Of a stretch of DNA of 64,000 bases, positions 32,201-37,558 are shown piece by piece. Each line of letters opens with the position of its first letter. Positions within the stretch are counted from its first letter, which is position 1. The notes under the pieces are model-generated. The model was not told where the DNA came from. It saw only the letters and a program-made list of their open reading frames with translations, and searched no databases. This stretch comes from a virus. The stretch covers positions 6,346-70,345 of the IMG/VR virus record IMGVR_UViG_3300021368_000007; one strand, given 5' to 3'. The translations under genes and the position numbers were made by a program.

Positions 32201-33154
32201 CTTGACTGCCTGATCACCATCCATGTCACAAGTGAACGACAGAGCACCTTCATTAAGGAAGACTCTATCATTAACAGCGATGCTATGTGGATTTGCAAAT
32301 GTAATTGTGGTCAGACCATTTGCAGGATCATATGTTGCATCAGTTGGGGTATAAGGAGTTCTAGTTCCTACCCAATCAGTGCCAGCATCATTGAAATAGT
32401 TGCTAATATACTTTCTAGTGTACTTGTTACCACCACCTTGCTTAACGTCAAGAGAAAGTGCATCAATCAAGAAAGTGATGTCACGAACACAACTACCACT
32501 ATTATATCCAGGTGGTAGAGGTGAAGGAGGATTGACCGCATCCATGTGGTCAAACGCATCCTGAGCAATCAGACTCTTGTTTCTTTGAATCAGATTGTAA
32601 CCATCATTAAATCTAGACCAAGGACCAGTTGCAGCATCACCAGGATAAACAAAGTCAGGATGTTGTACAGAGATTTCAGCAGCAGACCTATCAATAATCT
32701 CGTCTCTATTCTTCTGGATCAGACGATATGCGTCCTTATAGCGAGACCATGCCCCTGTTTGTGGGTCTCCAGGATAGTAGAAATCAGGATGTTCGACGGA
32801 TACTTGTGCTACAGCACGATCAATAACCTCTTGGCGGTTAGCACGTAGGAGGTTAGATGCATCATAATAACGTGCTTCTACAGCAGTTTCTGTTACCAGA
32901 CCAGGGCGGTTATCAATATAGTGATTACCAGGCATCAGCATGATGCTGAACTGGTCAAACCTGTCATTATTTGCTCCAGGTAGATAAGAATACCTAGAAA
33001 CCTCAATAAATGCCCTTTGAATTGTCTTAAAAGGACGTAAAGGCGAGTTACCTCTATTGTTTAGTTCATCACTCGCATTAAAGTCGTCTGGTGATACATA
33101 GAGGTATTTTCCAGTCTTACTTGAATACAGGTTATCAAGTCTTGTTAAAGGCAT
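20204..33154 (-). CDS. giant virion structural protein (4316 aa), tail-fibre-like
   Basis: N-terminus YLYVSP...GNSPLRPFKTIQRA typical of cyanomyovirus giant structural proteins, internal C-x-RD helical repeats, and a late promoter upstream. Confidence 0.85.
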   Translation of the reverse strand: MPLTRLDNLYSSKTGKYLYVSPDDFNASDELNNRGNSPLRPFKTIQRAFIEVSRYSYLPGANNDRFDQFSIMLMPGNHYIDNRPGLVTETAVEARYYDASNLLRANRQEVIDRAVAQVSVEHPDFYYPGDPQTGAWSRYKDAYRLIQKNRDEIIDRSAAEISVQHPDFVYPGDAATGPWSRFNDGYNLIQRNKSLIAQDAFDHMDAVNPPSPLPPGYNSGSCVRDITFLIDALSLDVKQGGGNKYTRKYISNYFNDAGTDWVGTRTPYTPTDATYDPANGLTTITFANPHSIAVNDRVFLNEGALSFTCDMDGDQAVKAYPRVGVDPGAVKGFSVTATTANTITFNAGPSGPNKYFQPSAVDYNPSTGDMVVTVGQHGLGVGRGVVLEDNSFTFECDLDNRATQHTYPRPGVDPYAGQSIAIAAVGSTSHTVTDAPYDAASGVVTLTIANHGFSNGDYIKVADNSLSYTCVLDGDTETKSYPRPGVDYPSGRWMEIQNVTTNTFEINVGPSEYTGAHTFVSATANGVERQDGTFTINVGTSSDTSTHYFIGATAQAIKHEPQTTHAFVSALDNSVIHDGTTGLRGEETSSLTAFSKAVELMKLAITNNFASTSSPGSEYTDNTVTPGEAVYGDGNGTVSNTDPTACTDIQNMIDTLYAIVDSIFDNSDLAANNGTFLLSNVLPAETTSTILPAGEIKCKRDIGQFIDAISLDVHEAGGNVYTRKLAQNYFDDTGNNWVANGLQGETAESLTAFNFAIAEMKKAVTNQLYFKDITITPGDAIYGNSNNPQENLQSGNPAACADVQSAIDTLGAIIITSVTDENLSQLPDETTSTLVSAGHAKCKRDSGFIVDGLIDDLATDGNANTITNAKAYFDRFGNPIANGVLGEEAESITAFNGIAYWAKRAVTNRLFAKDLTISPGPAVAGANTPVIPYTGSGNIETCQDVQQTIDTLINILTSVIEVGNLDDIADIKVTGVLPSFNYNRALEEWQDNSIVDLANPDNVLYKFNAATGGCIVPRGCSLIGYDLRRTVVRPLYVPDPADTTQERTSIFNLTGGCYLWQFTIKDGDLSAQSPLYDATAGVGKVYNKKGSTQLAIPEYSHHKICIMTYADRSDLDNYYEKVGKAFQQFQPTIDDGGLEALVQENRIVGPLSDSRTIESIKIEDQTTFTATANSTDTLTNVSDTSKLNIGAEIQSSASGIVVNPNTRIESISGNTVTLNQAISGSGAVAFTAQFGYTNITVTTKIDHGYFEGQYVAIINSGLSDEINGTWKVTKIDQVNPKVFEYEVYNNTAASLGLVSGQTYFSGEVGGVSTNAVVLAEIDSVESASPYVFNCSIRSTWGQCGMWADGSKATGFKSMVVAQYTGVSLQKDDRAFIRYDRLTNTWNQASLTDAFATIPYHTKGDAYWKDDWRNFHIRASDDSFIQCVSVFAVGFFDHFLMESGGDMSITNSNSNFGNTSLHSVGFKGFSFNQDKGGYVTDIIPPGIINPSTTIINQWYTFNVPASKDRANHTRLYLAGDGIENPDDRPASSINGYRLGAKSGEEIAVDLARYPSEPAGPIEFKSKLEPSGFKAWTVGIETLTPSSASVDNYAQDAANRIEDNKALIQNEGYQYIIAKYPELLNNTNIVIGKCERDIGYFVDAVVNDLRLGGNINSIQAAEGYYIQGQLSYIPNELNETLDTFDYVKNLMIAAMRNWDYLIRDCSITPGSAIVNVGDTSGLVIGMRVEEYAPSDFTNGRLNAGATAITTNIPVNTFIKRIISDTQIEMGIPGAKLTTGATRPAIGTGTTSAYLHFDLENGAWSSITPTSDDTITQDNRVDGNGDPLPECSNIATTIEGYFEQIFLVLNSGYSVLGGTEVDASNAITDNARFIAAEAVYRIANDPAYAGTSLGQGLLASTGETIQDACVDDVENVLKEIAYNVRYGGNNRVYAAAELYISSASVAGEEAESAAAFNMARDLAIQAMRQETITVQGDHGLTQVIDSQVIPEYDANGNLVTPPCADVAQTITTLTALITSGIQNQPLGAITMPTFASVTRVEPNSNLEGLSARATLFTLATGSFAGNPNPHDLETGTAVRLVPRARPGTDPDKRVIRLPDGFKTNTKYYVIAPGRNLYPENFAQSAAAITVTEAAGTNFATANATRATAAGLYRSLVAQPKVDTDGTALASGTGLRFNIRVNADGSLTLGDTSANLDAIANGGSRYQNGDIVVITDGQLGGTGAPDIEIEITATSQAEYPGVFDGTEVNKLMLATSPENAAAGIYMYSPETDSVDPDVEISIEQYVLDGRYDLHKYKSNVVGASEIETSVAHIFDVPSANTTPQKVFVRLATDIAGSTLPQLSGSASAISTQTEYFVRYVSNKRVTLHTSAADAESGDRALTFVSGTGVNFYLYANKRESPLRFDAEYSATGNNTGLWYLNVKDESNTGGAAYNRYSILSRFHGGVELANDFQTKTDPTLDSRYLRVEDEREKEDRVYRLRYVVPNYLETVRDPLNGFVIKTRTDDKRRLVPQRVLLKPIPGNPNQVASFYNPANAGEQIGLNKSELIADQIRTIDPSVVDLLPEQQNLYDPYLAPKVIEFDSKIAATIQSARKFTPAGTTDTFLEVTLFDHTIVNQSVKNEIFTVVRCNFLQGGFFTANATQSNDSNKITWETVGGGNIQGEAYLQAYINDLETAQAVLVLKGAVGELAFDPSKQVLFKQGDVQIELIEVPNSFGDQLEYLDKSKRENYLYRVEGSNVYTIAPGDVITDDTGLNSYYVATIEDQGNFDDCFYIFDIDTLQERIPNQQDGIYYLTCLRGNISPFPTGSGVGENFRNFKFSQPISQLYPINYKNDPLWFQVDGTTGVRDTSILDVPATSSAADNYVHGLVTVNDAKGSETREMVSDMIRNGFLNRYTYTGDNVIQAQEGNATSGSEDRLIPISGDSEFPTERKLYVELRRPSIARSGNHTFEYLGFGPGNYSTGFPLRQEVVLTDKQDFYAQAKREDGGIVFYTGLNSNGDLYIGNKKVNAITGEETFLESAALLDSEDDDEDIGTLVTTFDSPVTFNSTITVAGKSSLNGPVEINVEASEGDALTVFSNIAANEDQTLFSGSWRDQAEGNIKISGNKIKSAVFILNARPKPLAQYGQSYSFRTHIAGGEPSNIVPWNDPNTVFYPAQNIDFGSGNAPEGGDIVFKGSSVGNSGSLGWILANSFTSIENRIFRITADGTTTLTFEYAATFNNGNSNVFDDSQIRITNFSNTALIGTWEVIDSTRTDAGVTFQIAIDDTVTSGTIYTDADWSGGDILVSSKQWKETGVIGAETLRTYTEERGDYKLGVNTIARAGHNAVLTGNVDEFTEPRATLDVVGTAFVSGKTLTSVDSGTGDITNRWEDNNLNSDQREALTGADLANQGFIPQDNAFLVGGDSNDLDERATLRVTTSDEPSGTRGATYQTGGRVGINTTLGLTAESDLDRNLVVDGDGRITGNFLIQDDISVDGGDINTTASTFNLINQNANIVNFASQAQLFDAFSNTTNDQTLTIGSNADFQTIRIGQNSARTIFSVHPLSTNAFVDIATVQDDANNQSEVYIGGAWANADSKVTLGSAQALIAGNLEIGSKVAAGTGEARLFSQVRRVRLFDNDQNTQVEAFTKSNNLTFASLGGTTTIRNSLKVQASATVDSNIVLSGGTTAGIIEIVRGRFSTPISLHNLGSLDTPNIDFYKYNSTGRVIDTEGNRLWGGSQDLAGGGRISDFDNVQSPDPSNLRVAGSYAFRFATGGSGQGAAFDVNVAFDGTVTIEIQSTGTGYADNQTLTIADSQVGGGGAPDITLDINGVTDSSDVYILPITTPSVNDFDIGDLILLDRGNAASPDEYSPLGGTAVTGLRNQAQSEIMRIVGLDNVTNANDTDGFRISVVRAQEGTQEGTNHPDGCVIAKLDKNASASYLTGKDVGTVNGSPTTPDGILDEPRAGIDGTSGNVRIGLAEFGGILTTNDLIRIDQAEICGIADVISTDVQSLIVTDGGDPAVTKFKVESTTGNTVLSGDLGTGQGYTKFTVAGATGNTNIAGTTTIENTLTLNGSTIAATEYFTITNGGPSYENDGVTVAVPLRTTFQVDTANGNLTMNGGNINIFGTDGTTPRLTFNNSSGDFTTYGAFSALGTGLSSFGGPVTMAGDLTVNGGDLVVNQAGDEIFAIDDDGSINMGGITNYFSPSGATKWQVINTSVFTATSNISYFVDVSGTSLIRLPTNPQMGDMIRIIDISGNLSYNISLVIRAASLQRIQGSLSNTGSTILGSLASGNLSQHDGGELVVQTPNAAFGLVYAGTVDSDGGGGVNPNRAGWYLMDV

Positions 33155-33188
33155 AACTACCCGAGTCCGTCTGTGCTTTTCCTGAGTT

Positions 33189-33196
33189 TATTTATA
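33189..33196 (-). promoter_or_regulatory. T4-type late promoter
   Basis: Perfect TATAAATA about 35 nt upstream of the giant gene. Confidence 0.8.
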
Positions 33197-33203
33197 CTCC
33201 GAA

Positions 33204-33285
33204 TGTCGGTAAGAGGACTTGAACCTCCACGTCATAAGACACTGGAACCTAAACCCAGCGCGTCTACCAATTCCGCCATACCGAC
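33204..33285 (-). tRNA. trnL: tRNA-Leu (TAG)
   Basis: GTCGGTATGGCGGAATTGGTAGACGCG-CTGGG-TT TAG GT-TCCAG, long variable arm, GGTTCAAGTCC T-arm. Confidence 0.95.
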
Positions 33286-33288
33286 ATA

Positions 33289-33360
33289 CTCCCAAGGCAG
33301 GATTTGAACCTGCGACCGAGTGATTAACAGTCACCAGCTCTGCCACTGAGCTACTTGGGA
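33289..33360 (-). tRNA. trnN: tRNA-Asn (GTT)
   Basis: TCCCAAGTAGCTCAGTGGCAGAGC-GGTGA-CT GTT AA-TCACT...GGTTCAAATCC cloverleaf. Confidence 0.95.
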
Positions 33361-33361
33361 A

Positions 33362-33479
33362 TGGAGGAGGTTCTTAGGATGCTAGTAAACCAGAAGAGTA
33401 GCTACTCTCCCCAAACGCCCAACCAAGCAGGTTGCAAGCAATTTGCTCGGGGTATTACTAATAACTTCATTGAACCTCC
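33362..33479 (-). ncRNA. putative structured ncRNA with acceptor-like stem and encoded 3' CCA
   Basis: 5' GGAGGTTC pairs with GAACCTCC-T-CCA at the 3' end, and there are several internal stems. It sits between tRNA genes. Confidence 0.55.
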
Positions 33480-33562
33480 TTTTCACTACTCCCTGCTATA
33501 AGAGGGATTCTAGTGTTGGGGCGCTTCCGCGTAAGGGAAGATCTTTTGTTTGTACTCCCCAA

Positions 33563-33635
33563 TGGAGAATAGGAGACTCGAACTCCTGACAGCCTGCTTG
33601 CAAAGCAGGTGCTCTACCAACTGAGCTAATTCCCC
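33563..33635 (-). tRNA. trnA: tRNA-Ala (TGC)
   Basis: GGGGAATTAGCTCAGTTGGTAGAGCA-CCTGC-TT TGC AA-GCAGG...GTTCGAGTC, with the G3:U70 pair. Confidence 0.95.
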
Positions 33636-33637
33636 AG

Positions 33638-33709
33638 AGCCCCTGACAAGATTTGAACTTGCGACCTGAGCTTTACAAAAGCCCTGCTCTACCACTGAGC
33701 TACGGGGGC
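33638..33709 (-). tRNA. trnT: tRNA-Thr (TGT)
   Basis: GCCCCCGTAGCTCAGTGGTAGAGCA-GGGCT-TT TGT AA-AGCTC...GTTCAAATC, with one C6:A67 acceptor-stem mismatch. Confidence 0.9.
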
Positions 33710-34254
33710 GGGGTTTCAAAAGAGTAATTGCAAGAAAGAGTTTTTCTTGTTTTATCACTCTTATGAACGTTAACTCCATGTAGAATTGTGCTAGGGAAGA
33801 AGATAATATCTCCAGGACTTACATTGGGAACCCAAGTAGACTTGAAGTTAAAGTTGTTTCTCCATCCAGGTTTCAAGGAGTTGTTATATCGATCAAAGAA
33901 AAAGAATTCACCAAAGTCTTCTTCAACATGTGGGAAGAAAACTGACGCAAAGTCAACTTCTATATGATCGTGAACTTCTTGATACGAACCTTTCTCGTAG
34001 CAATTAATCCATGGATCATGGAATTTGTAACCAAAAGACTTTCCAAGTTCTTCTCCAAACTGACAAACAGATGGTTCTATTAACTTAAAAGTCTCTTGCC
34101 ACGGACAATGGATTGTTTTTACCTGACATCCTCTTGCCCAATCAAACTGAGTATAATCCTCAGTTTTATTCAGAACATACTCAGTAAGTTCTTTAGCATT
34201 AGGAGCAGGAAAAACAGAACACCATTGATTGTAAGGAAACAGATCAGTGATCAT
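33700..34254 (-). CDS. 2OG-Fe(II) oxygenase (TIGR02466-like)
   Basis: WINCYEKGSYQEVHDH...PGDIIFFPSTILHGV...RKTLSCN. Confidence 0.85.
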   Translation of the reverse strand: MITDLFPYNQWCSVFPAPNAKELTEYVLNKTEDYTQFDWARGCQVKTIHCPWQETFKLIEPSVCQFGEELGKSFGYKFHDPWINCYEKGSYQEVHDHIEVDFASVFFPHVEEDFGEFFFFDRYNNSLKPGWRNNFNFKSTWVPNVSPGDIIFFPSTILHGVNVHKSDKTRKTLSCNYSFETPPP

Positions 34255-34772
34255 ACTTTTTTAAATAAGAAACACCCATGCTGTGAACCCCACAATTGTT
34301 GTTTGGACTCGGGGTGGAACCCTTTGTCCTCTACATTATACCACCCATCGCCCAAGAACGCAAGGTTTTCAAGATAGGTTTCTTGAGTTCCCTGCATGAC
34401 GATGCAGTTGCATCCTGGTTCGATGCGACCAGCGTAGTGCCCATCCTTGGACTCAAATATTGTATCGCATCCGACGTTGTGTGTCAAGGGTTTTTTCAGA
34501 AGAAGATCTAAGTTCTGAAACCCTAGGTGAGCAGTCTTATCAGCGATGTAATAACTGCTCACGCGAATCTTACCATCTTCTTCTTTGATGTTAAGAAGAA
34601 ACTGACGATAAGGTTTCTTTAGTTTATTAAAGTATGCTTGCTCACCATAAAACCATCCATCCTCCACCTTGCGGTGTTGAACTACGATATAAGCATAACG
34701 AGAGGGATAAGTGAATGCTTGAATTTTGTTATTAAACGTTCCTTCAAACCAATCACTAAATTGATCAATCAT
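34251..34772 (-). CDS. cpeT: phycobiliprotein lyase CpeT/CpcT family
   Basis: FEGTFNNKIQA...FYGEQAY...PYRQ...DKGF...QLWGS motifs. Confidence 0.9.
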   Translation of the reverse strand: MIDQFSDWFEGTFNNKIQAFTYPSRYAYIVVQHRKVEDGWFYGEQAYFNKLKKPYRQFLLNIKEEDGKIRVSSYYIADKTAHLGFQNLDLLLKKPLTHNVGCDTIFESKDGHYAGRIEPGCNCIVMQGTQETYLENLAFLGDGWYNVEDKGFHPESKQQLWGSQHGCFLFKKV

Positions 34773-35034
34773 CTTGTGGTAACAAAGCAATATCGTTTAC
34801 TTTAATATCGAACATGAGAGGATGAAGTTCCTCTTCTATCAAATAAGAAGACCAGCGGTACATTTCATCCATATCCCAATCCTTACCTTGTAATGCTTCA
34901 GTCTGGATTTGGGGGTGATCCTGAATAATCTGAGGAAGTTCATCAAACGTATAAGGAACACCTTGGATGAAATACATTCTCACAACATTACCTTCAAGAA
35001 ATTGATAAAGTTGTGAGAGTCTGTACGCTTTCAT
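34765..35034 (-). CDS. cyanophage-type hypothetical protein
   Basis: RMYFIQGVPYTFDELP. A late-promoter-like ATAAATA lies at 35053-35059. Confidence 0.7.
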   Translation of the reverse strand: MKAYRLSQLYQFLEGNVVRMYFIQGVPYTFDELPQIIQDHPQIQTEALQGKDWDMDEMYRWSSYLIEEELHPLMFDIKVNDIALLPQDD

Positions 35035-35055
35035 CGCTCAATTGTCTCCTACTAT

Positions 35056-35706
35056 TTATGTGGGTTTTGACACATGAGGGTGAATACTAGTGTTTACAGT
35101 AGAGTCATGTCTACCCCACGTACCAATTGGAAAGAAATTTGCTGAAATAGAATATCTCAACGTAGGATTTAGATTCTGAGCAACAGAGTGATCTAGATAA
35201 CTCGGAAAAAGAAGACATCCTCCTTTTGAAGGATTTACACTTAACTGATTTACATTAAACTCTGTTTTTTCACTTATGTCAAAGTCCATTCCTCGGGGAG
35301 TGCCTTTATAGAATTTAATTGGAGTGATATTTTCTTGCAAGTACATCACTGCCGAAAAATAAGAATTGGCATGTGAATGAACTCTTGAATATCCTCCAGG
35401 AATCGTGCATGTAACCCAAGAACTACATACGGCAAATTCTAAAGATTCTTCATTTCCAATGTCTTTAGAAATTTTTGTAAATTCTTTTTCTAGACGATCT
35501 TGCAACCATGGTTGATGTTTACGAAGATAGTCGTTGTCGTTGGTAGAATATGTGGTTGTTTTATACTTTTGTGTGTATGCATCAAAAGGTCGATAATATT
35601 CAAGCGTCGCAACTTCATCTAAAAGAGAATTACATTCTTCATCCGTCAAAAAATTATTAATCTGAATCAAAGGAATTGGAAAAATGGGAATAATATCAGT
35701 TTTCAT
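35056..35706 (-). CDS. 2OG-Fe(II) oxygenase (TIGR02466-like)
   Basis: HSHANSYFSAVMY...LLFPSYLDHSV...RYSISANF. Confidence 0.85.
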   Translation of the reverse strand: MKTDIIPIFPIPLIQINNFLTDEECNSLLDEVATLEYYRPFDAYTQKYKTTTYSTNDNDYLRKHQPWLQDRLEKEFTKISKDIGNEESLEFAVCSSWVTCTIPGGYSRVHSHANSYFSAVMYLQENITPIKFYKGTPRGMDFDISEKTEFNVNQLSVNPSKGGCLLFPSYLDHSVAQNLNPTLRYSISANFFPIGTWGRHDSTVNTSIHPHVSKPT

Positions 35707-36263
35707 TAGTGTCTTCCTACTCCTCCAAGTATGATACGTTTAAATCCAGACTTAAGTATAGCACCCTTGTGTATGTTTTGCAAATCTGACGTATAACAGA
35801 TAATACTACCTTTACGTGGTTTTACCCTGATACGTTGATTCATAAACAGAGTGTCACCACCCTCAAAATCATCGTTTAGGTACAATACGTAAGAGATTAG
35901 TTGTTCAAAATTTGGAGGAAAGTCAACATGCCAGTCATATGAGTCTCCAGGTTTGTAAAATCTGTAGATATAATGAGGTCTTAATCTGTGGTTATATTTC
36001 AGTATGTCACCAAAATGTTTCACTAATTTATTATCACTAATATAACTCTCATGCACCTTTAGAAAGTATTTGTCAATAATACCTGCTACCTCTGGTGTGA
36101 GGAATATTGAATCGTTGTCTTGTGCTTTTGCACGCTTGTTTGGAAAAATTCCACTTTTATACAGAGGTGTAGACTCCATTTTACCAATAATAGAGTCACA
36201 CACCTCGGGTGGTATCACATCATTATAGTAATAAATGTAATCATGCAGACGCTGTAGTTCCAT
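35706..36263 (-). CDS. 2OG-Fe(II) oxygenase
   Basis: YDWHVD...LYLNDDFEGGDTLF...HKG. Confidence 0.85.
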   Translation of the reverse strand: MELQRLHDYIYYYNDVIPPEVCDSIIGKMESTPLYKSGIFPNKRAKAQDNDSIFLTPEVAGIIDKYFLKVHESYISDNKLVKHFGDILKYNHRLRPHYIYRFYKPGDSYDWHVDFPPNFEQLISYVLYLNDDFEGGDTLFMNQRIRVKPRKGSIICYTSDLQNIHKGAILKSGFKRIILGGVGRH

Positions 36264-36273
36264 TCAGTATTAA

Positions 36274-36516
36274 TTAATGAACATAATTATTTTGTTTTAG
36301 ATACTGCAATGTATCTTTGAGAGAACCAATATGCTTGTAACCAATGTTGATTTGAGGGTATTCTGCTCCTTTGCCGAATTCTTCTTCAAACCCTCTTTGT
36401 GAAAAATGCTGATTGAGGCGATATTCTAGGAATTGCCCTCCTAGTGAACGCAAGAGAGATGCCATTCTCTCACACTCTTGTGATCCGTTAGTGTAGATAA
36501 CTGCTGTCTCGTTCAT
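36274..36516 (-). CDS. glutaredoxin-like protein
   Basis: AVIYTNGSQECERM...FG..AEYPQINIGYKHIG, a glutaredoxin fold with a single Cys. Confidence 0.7.
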   Translation of the reverse strand: MNETAVIYTNGSQECERMASLLRSLGGQFLEYRLNQHFSQRGFEEEFGKGAEYPQINIGYKHIGSLKDTLQYLKQNNYVH

Positions 36517-36896
36517 TTGCTTTTGTGGTTGAATTCGATGACAATTTTTTGGTGATACGTAGTACGGTCAGAACACTCAAAATAGTGTGCTTTGCCGTCC
36601 AACAATTCTTCGATTTTCTCAACTAAATTTTCAGCAATAACCTTATTGGTCGCTATACGCCATTTCTCTTCATTCTCCTCTCGTGGATCAGTCATTGGTT
36701 CACACTTACTATGGGGCCAAGGATCACTACCATCCGTGATCATAGGTTTTTGTGGTTTGAATGTAGTTGGAAGTTTAACTCCAATAGAATTATCAATTTG
36801 CTCCTGAGTAGGAACAATAATACTGATGGGAGTTCCTTCTTCCTCAAACTCTTCATTCATTTTTATATATGTTTCTGGAGTAATCTTTTCAGTCAC
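36513..36896 (-). CDS. hypothetical protein
   Basis: ORF within the operon. GTG start chosen near the upstream stop; start uncertain. Confidence 0.6.
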   Translation of the reverse strand: MTEKITPETYIKMNEEFEEEGTPISIIVPTQEQIDNSIGVKLPTTFKPQKPMITDGSDPWPHSKCEPMTDPREENEEKWRIATNKVIAENLVEKIEELLDGKAHYFECSDRTTYHQKIVIEFNHKSK

Positions 36897-37203
36897 GTTG
36901 CCTCCAATCATCAGGTTTGTCCTGTTTGAACCAATCTACAATTTCATCAGCACTATCGAATCCCGTTTTATAATTAGATGGGTCGGGATCGCCTAATCCC
37001 ATCTTATTCATAAAATCATCCATGCTGCCCTCCTGAATGTCTTGGGCAGCATGACGACGTGCTTTGCGTAACCATTCTCTAGCAGTTGTATGACTCTTGG
37101 CAAGTTTCTCTGCCCAAATCATATCATCTAGTTGTACTTCCTCTTTGTTTGCAATCTTTTTACAGATAAACTCCAACCTGAGTCTGTATTTGGTAGATAG
37201 CAT
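36889..37203 (-). CDS. cyanophage-type hypothetical protein
   Basis: MLSTKYRLRLEFIC...DDMIWAEKLAK...DDWRQRD. Confidence 0.75.
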   Translation of the reverse strand: MLSTKYRLRLEFICKKIANKEEVQLDDMIWAEKLAKSHTTAREWLRKARRHAAQDIQEGSMDDFMNKMGLGDPDPSNYKTGFDSADEIVDWFKQDKPDDWRQRD

Positions 37204-37207
37204 ATGT

Positions 37208-37411
37208 CTAGTCCTTTGCCTTAGTAATCCAATTTTCTAGTTCATTCACTTTAGTAAAATCAGAATATGATGATTCTGAACGATCATGAAGAATATCTAG
37301 GATATCATCAATAATTTCATTGTTCTCAACGTAATCGTCAAGATACTTGTCCAATGCTTCTTTTAAATATCTGTATCTGTGCCACTCTGGACTATATGGT
37401 TTGTAGTGCAT
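37208..37411 (-). CDS. cyanophage-type hypothetical protein
   Basis: MHYKPYSPEWHRYRYLKEAL, downstream of tandem promoters. Confidence 0.7.
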   Translation of the reverse strand: MHYKPYSPEWHRYRYLKEALDKYLDDYVENNEIIDDILDILHDRSESSYSDFTKVNELENWITKAKD

Positions 37412-37432
37412 AATGAAGCTTCACTCAATAGT

Positions 37433-37501
37433 TATTTAGAGTCACAGTGACCCTTGAACCCTTTACAGAGTTATCCTACTCGGTTTCTGGGGATTTGTCA
37501 A
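37433..37501 (-). promoter_or_regulatory. sigma70-type promoter plus late promoter
   Basis: TTGACA(37501-37496)-17-TAGGAT(37478-37473), then CTAAATA at 37439-37433. Confidence 0.65.
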
Positions 37502-37502
37502 G

Positions 37503-37558
37503 CTCGACTTTTTTGCCCATTTTTGGGCGGAGAAATTTTTTCGGAATTCTCGTAATCA
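37503..37558. repeat. 56-bp dispersed intergenic element, copy 1
   Basis: CTCGACTTTTTT-N11-GGCGGAGAAATTTTTT...GTAATCA, 46/56 identical to copy 2 without gaps. Confidence 0.85.

Noticed and set aside
33362-33560. tmRNA, tRNA-Sec or intron-containing tRNA as the identity of the spacer RNA
   Set aside because: No TTC T-loop next to the acceptor stem, no UCA anticodon arm, no evident tag reading frame, and too short for tmRNA.
33510-33779. 89-aa minus-strand ORF
   Set aside because: Runs across tRNA-Thr and tRNA-Ala, so it is spurious.
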